A DNA stretch of 64,000 bases from Ferruginibacter sp. (lineage in GTDB: Bacteria; Bacteroidota; Bacteroidia; Chitinophagales; Chitinophagaceae): contig JBBEBH010000020.1 in NCBI GenBank assembly GCA_040882445.1, positions 43,023 through 107,022 on the forward strand, in the 5' to 3' direction. A program made the translations under genes and the position numbers. The notes below the pieces were generated by a model. It searched no databases. It was not told the origin of the DNA and worked only from the letters and a program-made list of their open reading frames with translations. Below, one piece after another: positions 1 to 10,266 of this stretch (the stretch's first letter is position 1; each line of letters opens with the position of its first letter).

Positions 1-98
1 TAATTCAGAAATATTTTATGTTATAGTATATAAGTTTCTAAGTCACCAATAAGATTGCAGGGCTTGCCCCTTTTTTTATAAACAAAAAATAAAACCAT

Positions 99-1517
99 AT
101 GTCACATCAGCCGTATAGCTTTTTTCAAAGTGTGGAAAGAAGCTTTGATAAAGCAGCAGCATTTACCACCTGGGATCCAGGAATTTTAGAACAAATCAAA
201 GCATGTAATAGCGTTTACAGCATGCGTTTCCCTGTTAAATTAGACAACGGGAAAATTGAAGTAATGGAAGCTTATCGTGTACAACATAGTCAGCACAAAT
301 CTCCTTGTAAAGGTGGTATCCGTTTTAGTGAAGAAGTAAACCAAGACGAAGTAATGGCACTTGCCGCATTGATGACATACAAATGTGCTATCGTAAACGT
401 TCCTTTTGGTGGTGGTAAAGGTGGTATCAAGATCAACCCTAGAAACTACAGCACATATGAACTAGAAAAAATTACCCGTCGTTATACCAGTGAATTGGTA
501 AAGAAAAATTTTATTGGCCCAGGAATCGACGTTCCGGCTCCTGATTACGGAACCGGAGAAAGAGAGATGGCATGGATCGTAGATACTTACGCCTCTCTGA
601 AGCCAGGCGAAATTGATGCTGCTGGTTGTGTTACAGGTAAGCCCATAACCCAAGGTGGTGTTCGCGGAAGAAAAGAAGCCACTGGTTTGGGTGTATTCTT
701 CGGTATTCGCGAAGTATTTAATATGGAAGAAGTGATGCAAAAACAAGGATTAACTGTAGGTATTAAAGATAAAAAAGTAGTAGTGCAGGGATTGGGTAAC
801 GTAGGTTATCATTCTGCTAAATTTTTCCGGGAAGCAGGCGCAATCGTTGTAGGATTAGCCGAATACGAAGGTGCCATTTACAATGCAGATGGATTAAACG
901 AAGAAGATGTATTTCAACATAGAAAAAAAACTGGTTCAATCCTTAATTTCCCCGGCGCAACCAACCTTGCCAAAAATACTGATGCGTTAGAACTAGAATG
1001 CGACATCCTTATTCCGGCAGCATTAGAAAATGTGATCAATGCAGAAAATGCACCAAGAATAAAAGCAAAAATCATTGGTGAAGCAGCTAACGGACCTTGT
1101 ACGCCTGAAGCGGATGAAATTTTTATTCAACGCGGAATTCTATGCGTTCCAGATATGTACCTCAATGCAGGTGGTGTTACGGTAAGTTATTTTGAGTGGT
1201 TAAAAAACTTGAGCCACGTTCGTTACGGCCGTATGGAAAAACGTTTTACCGAAAACCTTAATACACAAATACTTGGTCAAATTGAAAGTCTTACCGGGAA
1301 ATTAGTAGCTGATGAAGAACGTAAGTTTATTATGCACGGTCCAGAAGAAGTAGATCTAGTTCACAGTGGTTTAGAAGAAACAATGATTACTGCAACCAAA
1401 GAGATCATGAAAATTTGGTTTGACAATCCTGAAATACCAGATATGCGCACTGCAGCTTATGTAAGCGCCATCAATAAGGTAGCTACCAGTTATGCTGAGC
1501 TTGGAATTTTTCCTTAA
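99..1517 (+). CDS. gdh: Glutamate dehydrogenase (Glu/Leu/Phe/Val dehydrogenase family, vertebrate GLUD1-like subtype)
   Basis: 472-aa ORF. Catalytic-Lys region SPCKGGIRFS, glycine-rich VPFGGGKGGIKI and Rossmann motif GLGNVGYH. Long runs identical to animal GDH as I recall it. Hairpin terminator follows. Confidence 0.95.
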   Translation: MSHQPYSFFQSVERSFDKAAAFTTWDPGILEQIKACNSVYSMRFPVKLDNGKIEVMEAYRVQHSQHKSPCKGGIRFSEEVNQDEVMALAALMTYKCAIVNVPFGGGKGGIKINPRNYSTYELEKITRRYTSELVKKNFIGPGIDVPAPDYGTGEREMAWIVDTYASLKPGEIDAAGCVTGKPITQGGVRGRKEATGLGVFFGIREVFNMEEVMQKQGLTVGIKDKKVVVQGLGNVGYHSAKFFREAGAIVVGLAEYEGAIYNADGLNEEDVFQHRKKTGSILNFPGATNLAKNTDALELECDILIPAALENVINAENAPRIKAKIIGEAANGPCTPEADEIFIQRGILCVPDMYLNAGGVTVSYFEWLKNLSHVRYGRMEKRFTENLNTQILGQIESLTGKLVADEERKFIMHGPEEVDLVHSGLEETMITATKEIMKIWFDNPEIPDMRTAAYVSAINKVATSYAELGIFP

Positions 1518-1546
1518 GTAAAAAATAATACCTATTATTATTGATA

Positions 1547-1576
1547 ATCCCCGTTGTAAAAACAATGGGGATTTTT
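1547..1576 (+). terminator. Rho-independent terminator after gdh
   Basis: Stem atccccgttg / caatggggat (one G-U pair), 6-nt loop, then a T-run. Confidence 0.7.
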
Positions 1577-1666
1577 ATGCGATAAATTTGAAATAGTGTA
1601 GCATTTTATTTTAGCGCAATTGATGGTATTAGAATCAAGTGCACTCGTATGATTTTAACACAAATT

Positions 1667-2098
1667 TTAATACAAAGGAAACTTTGTTAGCAACTCCACA
1701 CTGCCATCTTCTATCTTAAAACCAAAACAAGTATTGCCATTGCTGATGATACAATAGGCTGCTTGTAGTTCAATATTATACCGCAATGCCTGATCCATAG
1801 TTTTTTGATTGATGGGAGCATTGAGTTCTTTACATTCGATGAGCATAAATGGAATTTCATTTTTATAGACTACGATATCAAAACGCTTTTTTAATTCTCC
1901 CAGCATTACTTGTTTTTCTACAGCAATTAAAGAAGCAGGATAACCCATCGCTTCTGTGAGATACAAGAGTATATTTTGCCTCACCCACTCTTCTGGTGTA
2001 AGTACAAACCATTTTCTTCTGATTAAACAAAAAATGAGCTCGCGTGCACCCTCACTTTTTATAGATGGTTTTTTGTTGGGATAATCTAATAAGATCAT
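1667..2098 (-). CDS. Stand-alone HsdR N-terminal-like (PD-(D/E)xK nuclease fold) domain protein
   Basis: 143 aa. Motif RFDIVVY...FMLIECK (D...ExK), typical of the small HSDR_N family common in Bacteroidota. No hsdM or hsdS nearby. Confidence 0.65.
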   Translation of the reverse strand: MILLDYPNKKPSIKSEGARELIFCLIRRKWFVLTPEEWVRQNILLYLTEAMGYPASLIAVEKQVMLGELKKRFDIVVYKNEIPFMLIECKELNAPINQKTMDQALRYNIELQAAYCIISNGNTCFGFKIEDGSVELLTKFPLY

Positions 2099-2254
2099 AC
2101 GACAAAACTAAAGTAAAAGCAGTTATCATTGCTTTTACAGCTTTTTCTTAAAACAAATAGCGAAAAAGTAAAAATATGATTGCAACACCTGTTTGTTTTC
2201 AGATTCGCCATTCCCCGATCTTTTTTGTAATTTTATTGAACTTAAAAAAAATAG

Positions 2255-3025
2255 ATGAAAACAAAAGAAGAGATTGTAGACAATTGGCTTCCAAGATACA
2301 CAGGAGAAAAACTAAAGAATTTTGGAGCTTATATTTTGCTCACCAATTTTTCTAACTATGTGAAAATGTTTGCCGCATGGAACAAAGTAGAAATTATTGG
2401 CACCGACAGGCCTATGCAATGTGCCACTGCAGATAATATTACCATCATTAATTTTGGCATGGGAAGCCCAGGCGCTGCTACCATTATGGATCTTTTAACC
2501 GCCATCAGTCCCAAAGCAGTACTTTTTCTGGGCAAATGTGGGGGGCTTAAAAAAAGAAACAAAATCGGAGACCTTATCTTACCCATCGCAGCCATCAGAG
2601 GAGAAGGAACCAGCAATGATTATTTTCCACCAGAAGTTCCAGCACTTCCTGCTTTCGCACTTCAAAAAGCTATTAGTACCACCATCAGAGATTATGAATG
2701 CGATTATTGGACAGGCGTTTGTTATACCACTAACAGAAGAGTGTGGGAACACGACGAAGTATTTAAAGAATATCTGCAAAATGTACGAGCCTACGCTATT
2801 GATATGGAAACCGCTACTATATTCACAGTAGGCTTTTATAACAAAATTCCTACGGGCGCTTTATTACTGGTAAGCGATAGTCCGATGGTGCCCGAAGGTG
2901 TTAAAACGGAAGCGAGTGATCAAGCTGTAACAGCTCAATTCGTAGAAAATCATTTAAAAATAGGCATCGATTCATTGAAACAACTCATCAACGATGGTAT
3001 GACCGTAAAACATCTTAAATTCTAA
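2255..3025 (+). CDS. AMP nucleosidase-like nucleoside phosphorylase (PNP/UDP fold), short form without the N-terminal regulatory domain
   Basis: 256 aa. FGMGSPGAATIMDLL, GKCGGL and IDMETATIF resemble the catalytic domain of Amn/PNP_UDP_1 enzymes. Confidence 0.7.
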   Translation: MKTKEEIVDNWLPRYTGEKLKNFGAYILLTNFSNYVKMFAAWNKVEIIGTDRPMQCATADNITIINFGMGSPGAATIMDLLTAISPKAVLFLGKCGGLKKRNKIGDLILPIAAIRGEGTSNDYFPPEVPALPAFALQKAISTTIRDYECDYWTGVCYTTNRRVWEHDEVFKEYLQNVRAYAIDMETATIFTVGFYNKIPTGALLLVSDSPMVPEGVKTEASDQAVTAQFVENHLKIGIDSLKQLINDGMTVKHLKF

Positions 3026-3099
3026 TACAAACCCATTGAGCAGTGGGCTTTTTACATACTGTGCTACAGCTACTGATTTCTATTTTGTAACAAATTATC

Positions 3100-4803
3100 A
3101 TGGTTGCCCATTTGGATCGTCCATTATTGCAAGTCAAAAATCTTTCCATCAGCTTTCAGCAAGATGGTGGCAGCACCTCTGTTGCAAATAATATTTCGTT
3201 TGATATACACCCCGGCACTCTTATGGCTATCGTTGGAGAAAGTGGTTCAGGCAAATCTGTAACGGCACTGTCTATTTTAAAGCTACTGCCACCTACTGCA
3301 CAAATAGATGGTTCCATTTTGTTCAACAACAGTGGTATGGAAATAAATATATTATCCTTAAAAAATGAAGGTATACGAAAACTCCGGGGCAACAGAATTG
3401 CTATGATTTTTCAAGAGCCTATGACTTCACTCAATCCGGTATTAACCTGCGGCGAACAGGTGATGGAGAGCTTGCAATTACACATGGGTTTAACAAAAAA
3501 ACAAGCCAAACAGAAAACTATCCAACTATTTGAATCGGTAGAGTTACCCGATCCTTCGGCTATGCTACTCCGTTATCCTCATCAAATAAGTGGTGGTCAA
3601 AAACAAAGGGTTATGATTGCCATGGCAATGAGTTGTGATCCAGTACTTCTCATTGCAGATGAGCCCACTACTGCACTAGACGTAAGAGTACAAAAAAATA
3701 TTTTGCAGTTGTTAAAAAAAATTCAGGAGAAACAACAAATGGCGATTTTATTTATCACACATGACCTGGCGTTGGTAAATACTTTTGCAGATAAAATTAT
3801 TGTGATGCACAAGGGCAACATAGTAGAACAAGGCAAAAGTTCTGAAGTACTACAATCACCTACTCATCCCTATACAAAAGCTTTATTGGCATGCAGGCCT
3901 AGTAAAAATAGTAAATTAAAAATACTCCCTGTAGTAGCCGATTTTTTGAATGATGGTCATTCACTGCATCTCGACGAAAGCTTGCAGCAATTACCTTTGA
4001 AAAAACCAGCGGTAAGTGAAAAAAAGGTATTGGAAGTAAAGCATCTTAACGTGCTATTTGCAGCAGGAAAAAATAGATGGGGCATTACAAATAAATATTT
4101 CAAAGCAGTTGATGATGTCAATTTTTCTGTTTACGAAAACGAAATGGTAGGATTGGTAGGCGAAAGCGGTTGTGGTAAAACTACTTTAGGAAGAACGATT
4201 TTACAATTGGTGAAACCACATTCGGGACAAATCATACTAAACGATCGGCCTATTGAAGACTTACCAGCAAAAGAATTACGAGCGATTAGAAAAGATTTGC
4301 AAATAATTTTTCAGGATCCTTATGGCTCATTGAATCCGCGTATCAGTATTGGTGAAGCAATTACCGAGCCTATGAAAGTACATCGAATGGGCTCCTCTTT
4401 TAGGGATAGAAAAGAAAAAGCTATTCATTTATTAGAGCAAGTAAGTATGAACGCCAACCTGTTTAACAGATACCCACATCAATTTAGTGGAGGTCAGCGT
4501 CAACGTATTTGTATTGCACGCGCCCTTGCTTTAGAACCTTCTTTTTTAATCTTCGACGAAAGTGTGTCTGCATTAGATGTAAGTGTACAAGCACAGGTAC
4601 TTAACTTAATTCAGGAACTCAAAAATAAGTACCAATTTACTGGGATTTTTATATCACACGACTTGTCTGTTGTGCATTACATCAGCGACAGAATTATGGT
4701 AATGAACCAGGGTAAAATTATTGAAACAGGAATTGCAGATGATATACTTCATCGCCCCCAAGAATTGTACACACAGCAATTAATAGCTGCGATGCCATCC
4801 TAA
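3100..4803 (+). CDS. ABC transporter ATP-binding protein with two fused ATPase domains (DppD/DppF-YejF type)
   Basis: 567 aa. Two Walker A motifs (GESGSGKS, GESGCGKT), two signatures (ISGGQKQR, FSGGQRQR), two Walker B motifs (LLIADEPT, FLIFDESV), and oligopeptide-type C-terminal tails (PTHPYTKALL). Confidence 0.9.
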   Translation: MVAHLDRPLLQVKNLSISFQQDGGSTSVANNISFDIHPGTLMAIVGESGSGKSVTALSILKLLPPTAQIDGSILFNNSGMEINILSLKNEGIRKLRGNRIAMIFQEPMTSLNPVLTCGEQVMESLQLHMGLTKKQAKQKTIQLFESVELPDPSAMLLRYPHQISGGQKQRVMIAMAMSCDPVLLIADEPTTALDVRVQKNILQLLKKIQEKQQMAILFITHDLALVNTFADKIIVMHKGNIVEQGKSSEVLQSPTHPYTKALLACRPSKNSKLKILPVVADFLNDGHSLHLDESLQQLPLKKPAVSEKKVLEVKHLNVLFAAGKNRWGITNKYFKAVDDVNFSVYENEMVGLVGESGCGKTTLGRTILQLVKPHSGQIILNDRPIEDLPAKELRAIRKDLQIIFQDPYGSLNPRISIGEAITEPMKVHRMGSSFRDRKEKAIHLLEQVSMNANLFNRYPHQFSGGQRQRICIARALALEPSFLIFDESVSALDVSVQAQVLNLIQELKNKYQFTGIFISHDLSVVHYISDRIMVMNQGKIIETGIADDILHRPQELYTQQLIAAMPS

Positions 4804-4844
4804 ATATCTTTTAATTAAACATTAAAAAATAGTTTCAATATAAG

Positions 4845-7800
4845 CTATTGGCCATCAGTATCTTCACCGTAGTTGAAATATTCTGGATCGTTTCTATAAA
4901 AATTTTTACTGCTGTTAAAAAACCCAAACACCACTTTCCTCAGTTGTAAATTCAGTTGATCATCTACAGACTCGTTTGCAACCAGTTTTTTATCTGTTAA
5001 TATAGATAAGGAGTTATTACTACTCGGCTCGCTTTCTTTAAATGATTGTAAACCACTAAACCCAATTTTCCAATCGTCTGACTTTTTGATCCTGTATTTA
5101 AAAAAGTAAACCAACCCCGAATTTCCCTTGATAAAAGCCGTTGATTTTTTTAAGAATACCACCGAATCTAGTTTAATCTCATCACTTTCGCCGATCATAT
5201 AGCTTCTGGCTATGGCCAACTGGTTACTGTATTTAGCCGGGAATTTATCTAACTTTTTTATTTTTTCTAATTTATAAAACAAAGTGCCCCTTTGTCTTTC
5301 ATCTGCTGCCAGACTCAATAAAATAGAATCGTGAACTTCCTTGCCATTTCGTAGCAATAATACTGCTGTATTCATTCTAACAATATCATCCTTACTTTGT
5401 ATCATCCGGTTAAAATATTGTTTTACATTTTTATTAGTTTCATAAAATGGCATAAGCAGTATCGACTGCTTGTTTAACTGGTTACTATTGCCACTTCCTG
5501 CATAATCTTCTTCTTCTGCATCTTCATCATTTAGATCTAGTTTGTTATTGGCCTCCATTACTTTTTCTTCTGCAGCCTGTTGTTTTTTCCAAGCAACTTT
5601 AGCATCAATATAAATTCCAGGGAAAAAAGACTCATAGTCTGAAGCCCTTAGATATCCGCTATCTACTAAATTTACTAGTAAATCTATAATATTACTTTTA
5701 TAATCATTAAGGGTTGACAATTGCAGAATCTGTGGAAATAGGTTTTTACTCAATGCCAACGTATCAAAAAAATGCTCAAAGAAATAATCATAATTATTGT
5801 CATCTTCAAAGATGGGAGGATCTTGCATCACCAATTCTTTCAATACTTCAAAACTCTTAGTAGTCTTAAGACGTGCCAAGGCTAAAACAGCTTCGTTCTG
5901 AAATAAACTGGTATCCGCAGTTTGTTCATATATTTTTTTTAGATAAACTGGAATGTTATCTGATAAAGTGTCTTTGATAAAACCGAGCTCTGCAATCAAT
6001 TTCGTCTTTGTTTCAAAATAATTTTTATCAGCGATGCTGATCCTGTTAATAGCCTCATACAGCATATTGGAACCCTCAGGCCCAAAATAAATATTTTCAA
6101 TTGATTGTTTTGCTTTTTTACTAAGAGCAGAATCTGCACTAAACAAATCGGAAAAAAACAACGACAATCTACTTTTATACACATCTGCTTCCACTACTTT
6201 TTCATGTGGCTTAAAACTTGCAAAACTTTCTTTTATAAATGTGCTCGAATTGTTTAGGGTATCAATTATAGTTGATAGAGTAAACATATTTCTTCCCTTC
6301 AATAGCAATTGTCTTTGTATCATTCTGGATGAGCCCGTATCTCTGATGGTAATCTGATACCCCATGCTCCCGTCTGAGCGGGTAAACCATTTTTTATCTT
6401 TTAAAACCAGATCACCCTTACCCAAAAAATCCTGAAATTCTTCTTTCCAAAATTTAGCAGTATCCCTTATTGAGAAATATTTTGGATACACTTGCATTTG
6501 TACATTCACCAGCTCGCCCGTATTTTTGTTAGAGAACTTACCGTTCTTATACTTTTGCCAATAAGCAACGTAGCCATTAGAATTGTTTCCATTGGCAGCA
6601 TCTTCTGCTGTTTTTTCGATGATGTTACGAATACTATTGTCAATATCTGGTTGTACCGGTGTGTTCATACTCATCAGTAAAAAACTATCCTGATAGTAAA
6701 TAGAGCTAGCATATTGATAAGGTTCTATCCGAAATGTTTTGTGAAAAGTAAATGATTTATCTACGCCGTTTTTAGTTCGTTGTGCTATCACGTATTGGTG
6801 CGGGCCCTGAATTAAAAATAGTGCATACACATAAGATCCATTTTTCATTTTTTCTTTCACCTGTAGTGCTGGATATCCTCCTACGTTCAAATACTTTCTA
6901 AAAATCTGTTTGTCGAAATATTCACCACTTCTAAAGGAGGTTTCCATTAAAGCCAAGTCGAAACTATCAGATTCTAAAAATCCAAATTGATATACGGATT
7001 TTTTCATAATTAGATAGGCTTCTCCACTCGTTTTATCAACGGCTTCATATTCCCATCGATCTGATTCCAAGTGGTCATTAAGCACATGCGGCTCATGAGG
7101 CAGTTGTACACTGAAACCACCTTGTGCCGGCTTAAAAGTAACTGCAACTGGTTCGTAGGTTTTTAACTTTATAGATCCAAAAAAACGTTCAGCCTCTTCT
7201 CCATCAACATAATCGCCTTTTCCACTCATTTTAAAAACAATCACTTCAAATGCTGTGATATAAATTTGGTAACGTTGCAGATCGCCTCTGCGGGTTCGGT
7301 TGCTGATGTGGTAGCAGCTAACCCCATTTTTATAGATAAGTTTTTTGCTTATGATTGTACCAGGAATATGTTCATACAATACACTGTCTATTTTTTTAGA
7401 AATGGCACCAGACTGGTGAATAAAACTAGCATAAGTTTTAAAACGTGTAACCAAGTAATAAGAACCATTAGACATATCGGCAAATTGATTGCGATGCAGT
7501 TCTTGATAATTATTGTCTAAGCTATACAAAGTTCCAGGCACATCTACTGAATAAAAGCCATCTTCAGATTGCTGCTTCGAAAATTTTACTGCAACCTTTA
7601 GTTTGTTGATAGCTTCTTTTTGTTCTGCATCGCGATCGGTCATTTTAACGGCACGCAGTTGGTAACCTTTTCTTCTAAGTATTTCAATCACACCTTTCTC
7701 ACCTGGCAAATGAGCTGCACCTACGCCGGTAAAAAGAGAGCGTGTACGAACAATAGAATCGATGGCATCTGCCTGAATATTATTTCTTTTATACAAAAAC

Positions 7801-8528
7801 TTCTCCCGAAAAGCCATCGACTTTTCAATCATATTATCTAAAGAATCCATCAGATCAAGGTCACCATAACGATAGGCATTTTGTAATTTTTGCAGAATGC
7901 TACTGTAAGTTTCTCCATCAAGATCTAGCTCTTTCTTCTTTTTTTCATTCGCCATATCACGATATGCTTCCAGTACCAGTTTTTCACTTTCATAAAAATC
8001 CTCAACCCCTGCAGACAATTTACCGAGTTTTCGGCCAGCCTGAAAAATATAAAGGTCTAAAAATGTATCCTCTTCAAAATCATCCCGTGTTTTGTAAGAA
8101 CGGTACAACATACTATTTACTACTGGAGGCTCTGTACTCAAAGCCATTTTTAGTTTGTCTTCGTAGTTGTATAATTGAAAGCTTTTTTCTGTTACGTAAT
8201 CACTACCTGCTTGCGTTATAAAGTCGGAGTAGTTTTCGTTCAGCTTGGCCAGCCGAACCATTTGTACCTGCCATAGGTCGGGATTCAATTCTAGTGCTAC
8301 AGCATCCACTTGGCGAAGCGCAAAATAGAAGGAATCACTCAAATGAAAAGCCAACTTGCTGCTTACGTGCATCGTACCAAATAAATAAGATGGTTTTGTA
8401 AGTCCATTGCCACTAATTTCCCATAAAAGGCCTTGGTATTTTTTAGTAGAAGAGGCTGGTTCTTGTGCTTTCAGAGTAACGGATAATAACAAAAAGAATG
8501 CTAAAAGAATGCGTAGGTAGTTCATCAT
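4845..8528 (-). CDS. Secreted TraB/GumN (TIKI-like) family protein with a long uncharacterised C-terminal extension
   Basis: 1227 aa. Signal peptide MMNYLRILLAFFLLLSVTLKAQ. Family motifs GLLWEISG...PSYLFGTMHV and GVGAAHLPGEKGVIEILRRKGYQL lie in the first ~295 aa. The remaining ~930 aa are not recognised. Confidence 0.8.
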   Translation of the reverse strand: MMNYLRILLAFFLLLSVTLKAQEPASSTKKYQGLLWEISGNGLTKPSYLFGTMHVSSKLAFHLSDSFYFALRQVDAVALELNPDLWQVQMVRLAKLNENYSDFITQAGSDYVTEKSFQLYNYEDKLKMALSTEPPVVNSMLYRSYKTRDDFEEDTFLDLYIFQAGRKLGKLSAGVEDFYESEKLVLEAYRDMANEKKKKELDLDGETYSSILQKLQNAYRYGDLDLMDSLDNMIEKSMAFREKFLYKRNNIQADAIDSIVRTRSLFTGVGAAHLPGEKGVIEILRRKGYQLRAVKMTDRDAEQKEAINKLKVAVKFSKQQSEDGFYSVDVPGTLYSLDNNYQELHRNQFADMSNGSYYLVTRFKTYASFIHQSGAISKKIDSVLYEHIPGTIISKKLIYKNGVSCYHISNRTRRGDLQRYQIYITAFEVIVFKMSGKGDYVDGEEAERFFGSIKLKTYEPVAVTFKPAQGGFSVQLPHEPHVLNDHLESDRWEYEAVDKTSGEAYLIMKKSVYQFGFLESDSFDLALMETSFRSGEYFDKQIFRKYLNVGGYPALQVKEKMKNGSYVYALFLIQGPHQYVIAQRTKNGVDKSFTFHKTFRIEPYQYASSIYYQDSFLLMSMNTPVQPDIDNSIRNIIEKTAEDAANGNNSNGYVAYWQKYKNGKFSNKNTGELVNVQMQVYPKYFSIRDTAKFWKEEFQDFLGKGDLVLKDKKWFTRSDGSMGYQITIRDTGSSRMIQRQLLLKGRNMFTLSTIIDTLNNSSTFIKESFASFKPHEKVVEADVYKSRLSLFFSDLFSADSALSKKAKQSIENIYFGPEGSNMLYEAINRISIADKNYFETKTKLIAELGFIKDTLSDNIPVYLKKIYEQTADTSLFQNEAVLALARLKTTKSFEVLKELVMQDPPIFEDDNNYDYFFEHFFDTLALSKNLFPQILQLSTLNDYKSNIIDLLVNLVDSGYLRASDYESFFPGIYIDAKVAWKKQQAAEEKVMEANNKLDLNDEDAEEEDYAGSGNSNQLNKQSILLMPFYETNKNVKQYFNRMIQSKDDIVRMNTAVLLLRNGKEVHDSILLSLAADERQRGTLFYKLEKIKKLDKFPAKYSNQLAIARSYMIGESDEIKLDSVVFLKKSTAFIKGNSGLVYFFKYRIKKSDDWKIGFSGLQSFKESEPSSNNSLSILTDKKLVANESVDDQLNLQLRKVVFGFFNSSKNFYRNDPEYFNYGEDTDGQ

Positions 8529-8841
8529 ATGTATAAAAAGTATTTAGCCATATTATAAAGTTGCATACTATAGGGGGAAAAATCAAAAAAATATTCAATA
8601 TTATGATGCTTCTAACACATAAATATTTTTAATATTTTAATTTTAAAATAGTTCATAAAAAAGTTTAATAAAATTTGTGAAGTAGAGTTAAAAAATACAA
8701 GCAATTATGAGTAAATAAAGGTAACTTCGTTCACTTTAAATCATGCCGTAACATGATATATGCCTCCAACAAAGGCTTTTTATCTCTGTAAAATCTACAG
8801 TACTTGGCATGTAATAAATCACTTTTAAATTTATTTATTGC

Positions 8842-9891
8842 ATGAAATTATCTCAATTCAGATTCGACTTACCGCTGAACCTCATTGCCCAACACCCCTC
8901 CAAAAAAAGAGAAGAAAGTCGAATGATGGTTATACACCGCAAAACCGGTGAAATTGAAAACCGTACTTTCCGCGATATCATGGAGTATTTTGACGACAAA
9001 GATGTTTTTGTAGTAAACAATACAAAAGTGTTCCCCGCACGCATGTATGGACGCAAAGAAAAAACAGGTGCTAAAATAGAAGTATTCCTTCTGAGGGAAC
9101 TTAATAAAACCAACAAACTTTGGGATGTAATCGTAGATCCAGCTCGTAAAATAAGGGTAGGTAACAAATTATATTTTGGTGAAAACGATGAATTGGTAGC
9201 AGAAGTAATAGACAATACCACCAGCCGCGGAAGAACGATTCGCTTTTTGTGGGACGGTACAGATCAAGAATTTCGTGGTATGCTCGATATTTTGGGCGAA
9301 ACACCACTGCCAAAATACATCAAACGCAAACCAGAAGAAGAAGATAAGGAACGTTACCAAACTGTGTATGCAAAACATGAGGGTGCTGTAGCAGCACCAA
9401 CTGCCGGTTTACATTTCAGCAAAGAACTGATTAAAAGATTGGAGATTCAAGGGGTTCGTTTTGCAGAGGTGACGCTTCATACAGGATTGGGAACTTTTCG
9501 TCCTATTGAAGTGGAAGATCTCAGCAAACATAAAATGGATGCGGAATATTATAACATAGATGAAACAGCCTGCGCCATTGTGAATAAAGCAAAAGAAGGT
9601 GGCAATAGAATTTGCTCTATTGGCACCACTACTATGCGTGCCATGGAAACTTCTTATACTGCACAAAAACTATTGAAACCAAGTGAAGGTTGGACGAATC
9701 ATTTTATTCACCCCCCTTACAACTTCAATATTGCAGATGCTTTGGTGACCAATTTTCATTTGCCAAAAACAAGCTTATTGATCATGGCATGTGCCTTTGC
9801 TGGTTACGATTTGATGATGGAAGCTTACAAAAAAGCTATCAAAGACAAATACCGTTTCTTCAGTTATGGAGATGCTATGCTGATCCTCTAA
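8842..9891 (+). CDS. queA: S-adenosylmethionine:tRNA ribosyltransferase-isomerase
   Basis: 349 aa. N-terminus [19 protein letters not shown], internal [10 protein letters not shown] and TLHTGLGTF, and length are all typical of QueA. Confidence 0.95.
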   Translation: MKLSQFRFDLPLNLIAQHPSKKREESRMMVIHRKTGEIENRTFRDIMEYFDDKDVFVVNNTKVFPARMYGRKEKTGAKIEVFLLRELNKTNKLWDVIVDPARKIRVGNKLYFGENDELVAEVIDNTTSRGRTIRFLWDGTDQEFRGMLDILGETPLPKYIKRKPEEEDKERYQTVYAKHEGAVAAPTAGLHFSKELIKRLEIQGVRFAEVTLHTGLGTFRPIEVEDLSKHKMDAEYYNIDETACAIVNKAKEGGNRICSIGTTTMRAMETSYTAQKLLKPSEGWTNHFIHPPYNFNIADALVTNFHLPKTSLLIMACAFAGYDLMMEAYKKAIKDKYRFFSYGDAMLIL

Positions 9892-9904
9892 AAAATATAA
9901 ACAT

Positions 9905-9933
9905 AAAAAAACTCCCTTGATGGGAGTTTTTTT
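9905..9933 (+). terminator. Rho-independent terminator after queA
   Basis: aaaaaactccc ttgat gggagttttttt: GC-containing stem flanked by an A-run and a T-run. Confidence 0.8.
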
Positions 9934-9966
9934 ATGTAAACTTCATTCAACACCTTAATTTATTTT

Positions 9967-10266
9967 ATGCTAAGCAACAACGATATTCTTAAAAAGCTAA
10001 GGGTAGCCCTTTCACTTCGCAACGATGATATCATAGAGATTTTGGCGTTGGTAAATTTTGAGATCACCAAAGGTGCCTTGGGAGATATATTTAGAAACGA
10101 AGATCATCCTGGTTATGTAGAGGCTGGAGATCAGTTGTTAAGGAATTTTTTAAATGGATTGGTCATATATAAAAGAGGCCGTTTGGAAGATCCGAAGATT
10201 ATCAAAAAAGAATTAGGAGAAAGTCCGCTTCAGCGCAAAGACAGGAAAGATGAAGATAAAAAATAG
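9967..10266 (+). CDS. DUF1456 (YehS-like) family protein
   Basis: 99 aa. N-terminal NDILKKLRVALSLRNDDIIEIL repeat signature of DUF1456. Confidence 0.65.
   Translation: MLSNNDILKKLRVALSLRNDDIIEILALVNFEITKGALGDIFRNEDHPGYVEAGDQLLRNFLNGLVIYKRGRLEDPKIIKKELGESPLQRKDRKDEDKK

Noticed and set aside
1667-2098. HsdR_N-like PD-(D/E)xK protein as a remnant of a type I restriction system.
   Set aside because: No hsdM, hsdS or helicase domain is adjacent. The ORF is intact and compact, and this small family commonly occurs alone in Bacteroidota. I treat it as a stand-alone protein of unknown role, not a defence system.
8740-8781. Two small hairpins (atcatg/catgat and gcct/aggc plus a T-run) upstream of queA, considered as a preQ1 riboswitch or attenuator.
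   Set aside because: There is no resemblance to the preQ1-I/II/III consensus that I can recognise. The stems are 4-6 bp. The features are compatible with chance in AT-rich DNA.
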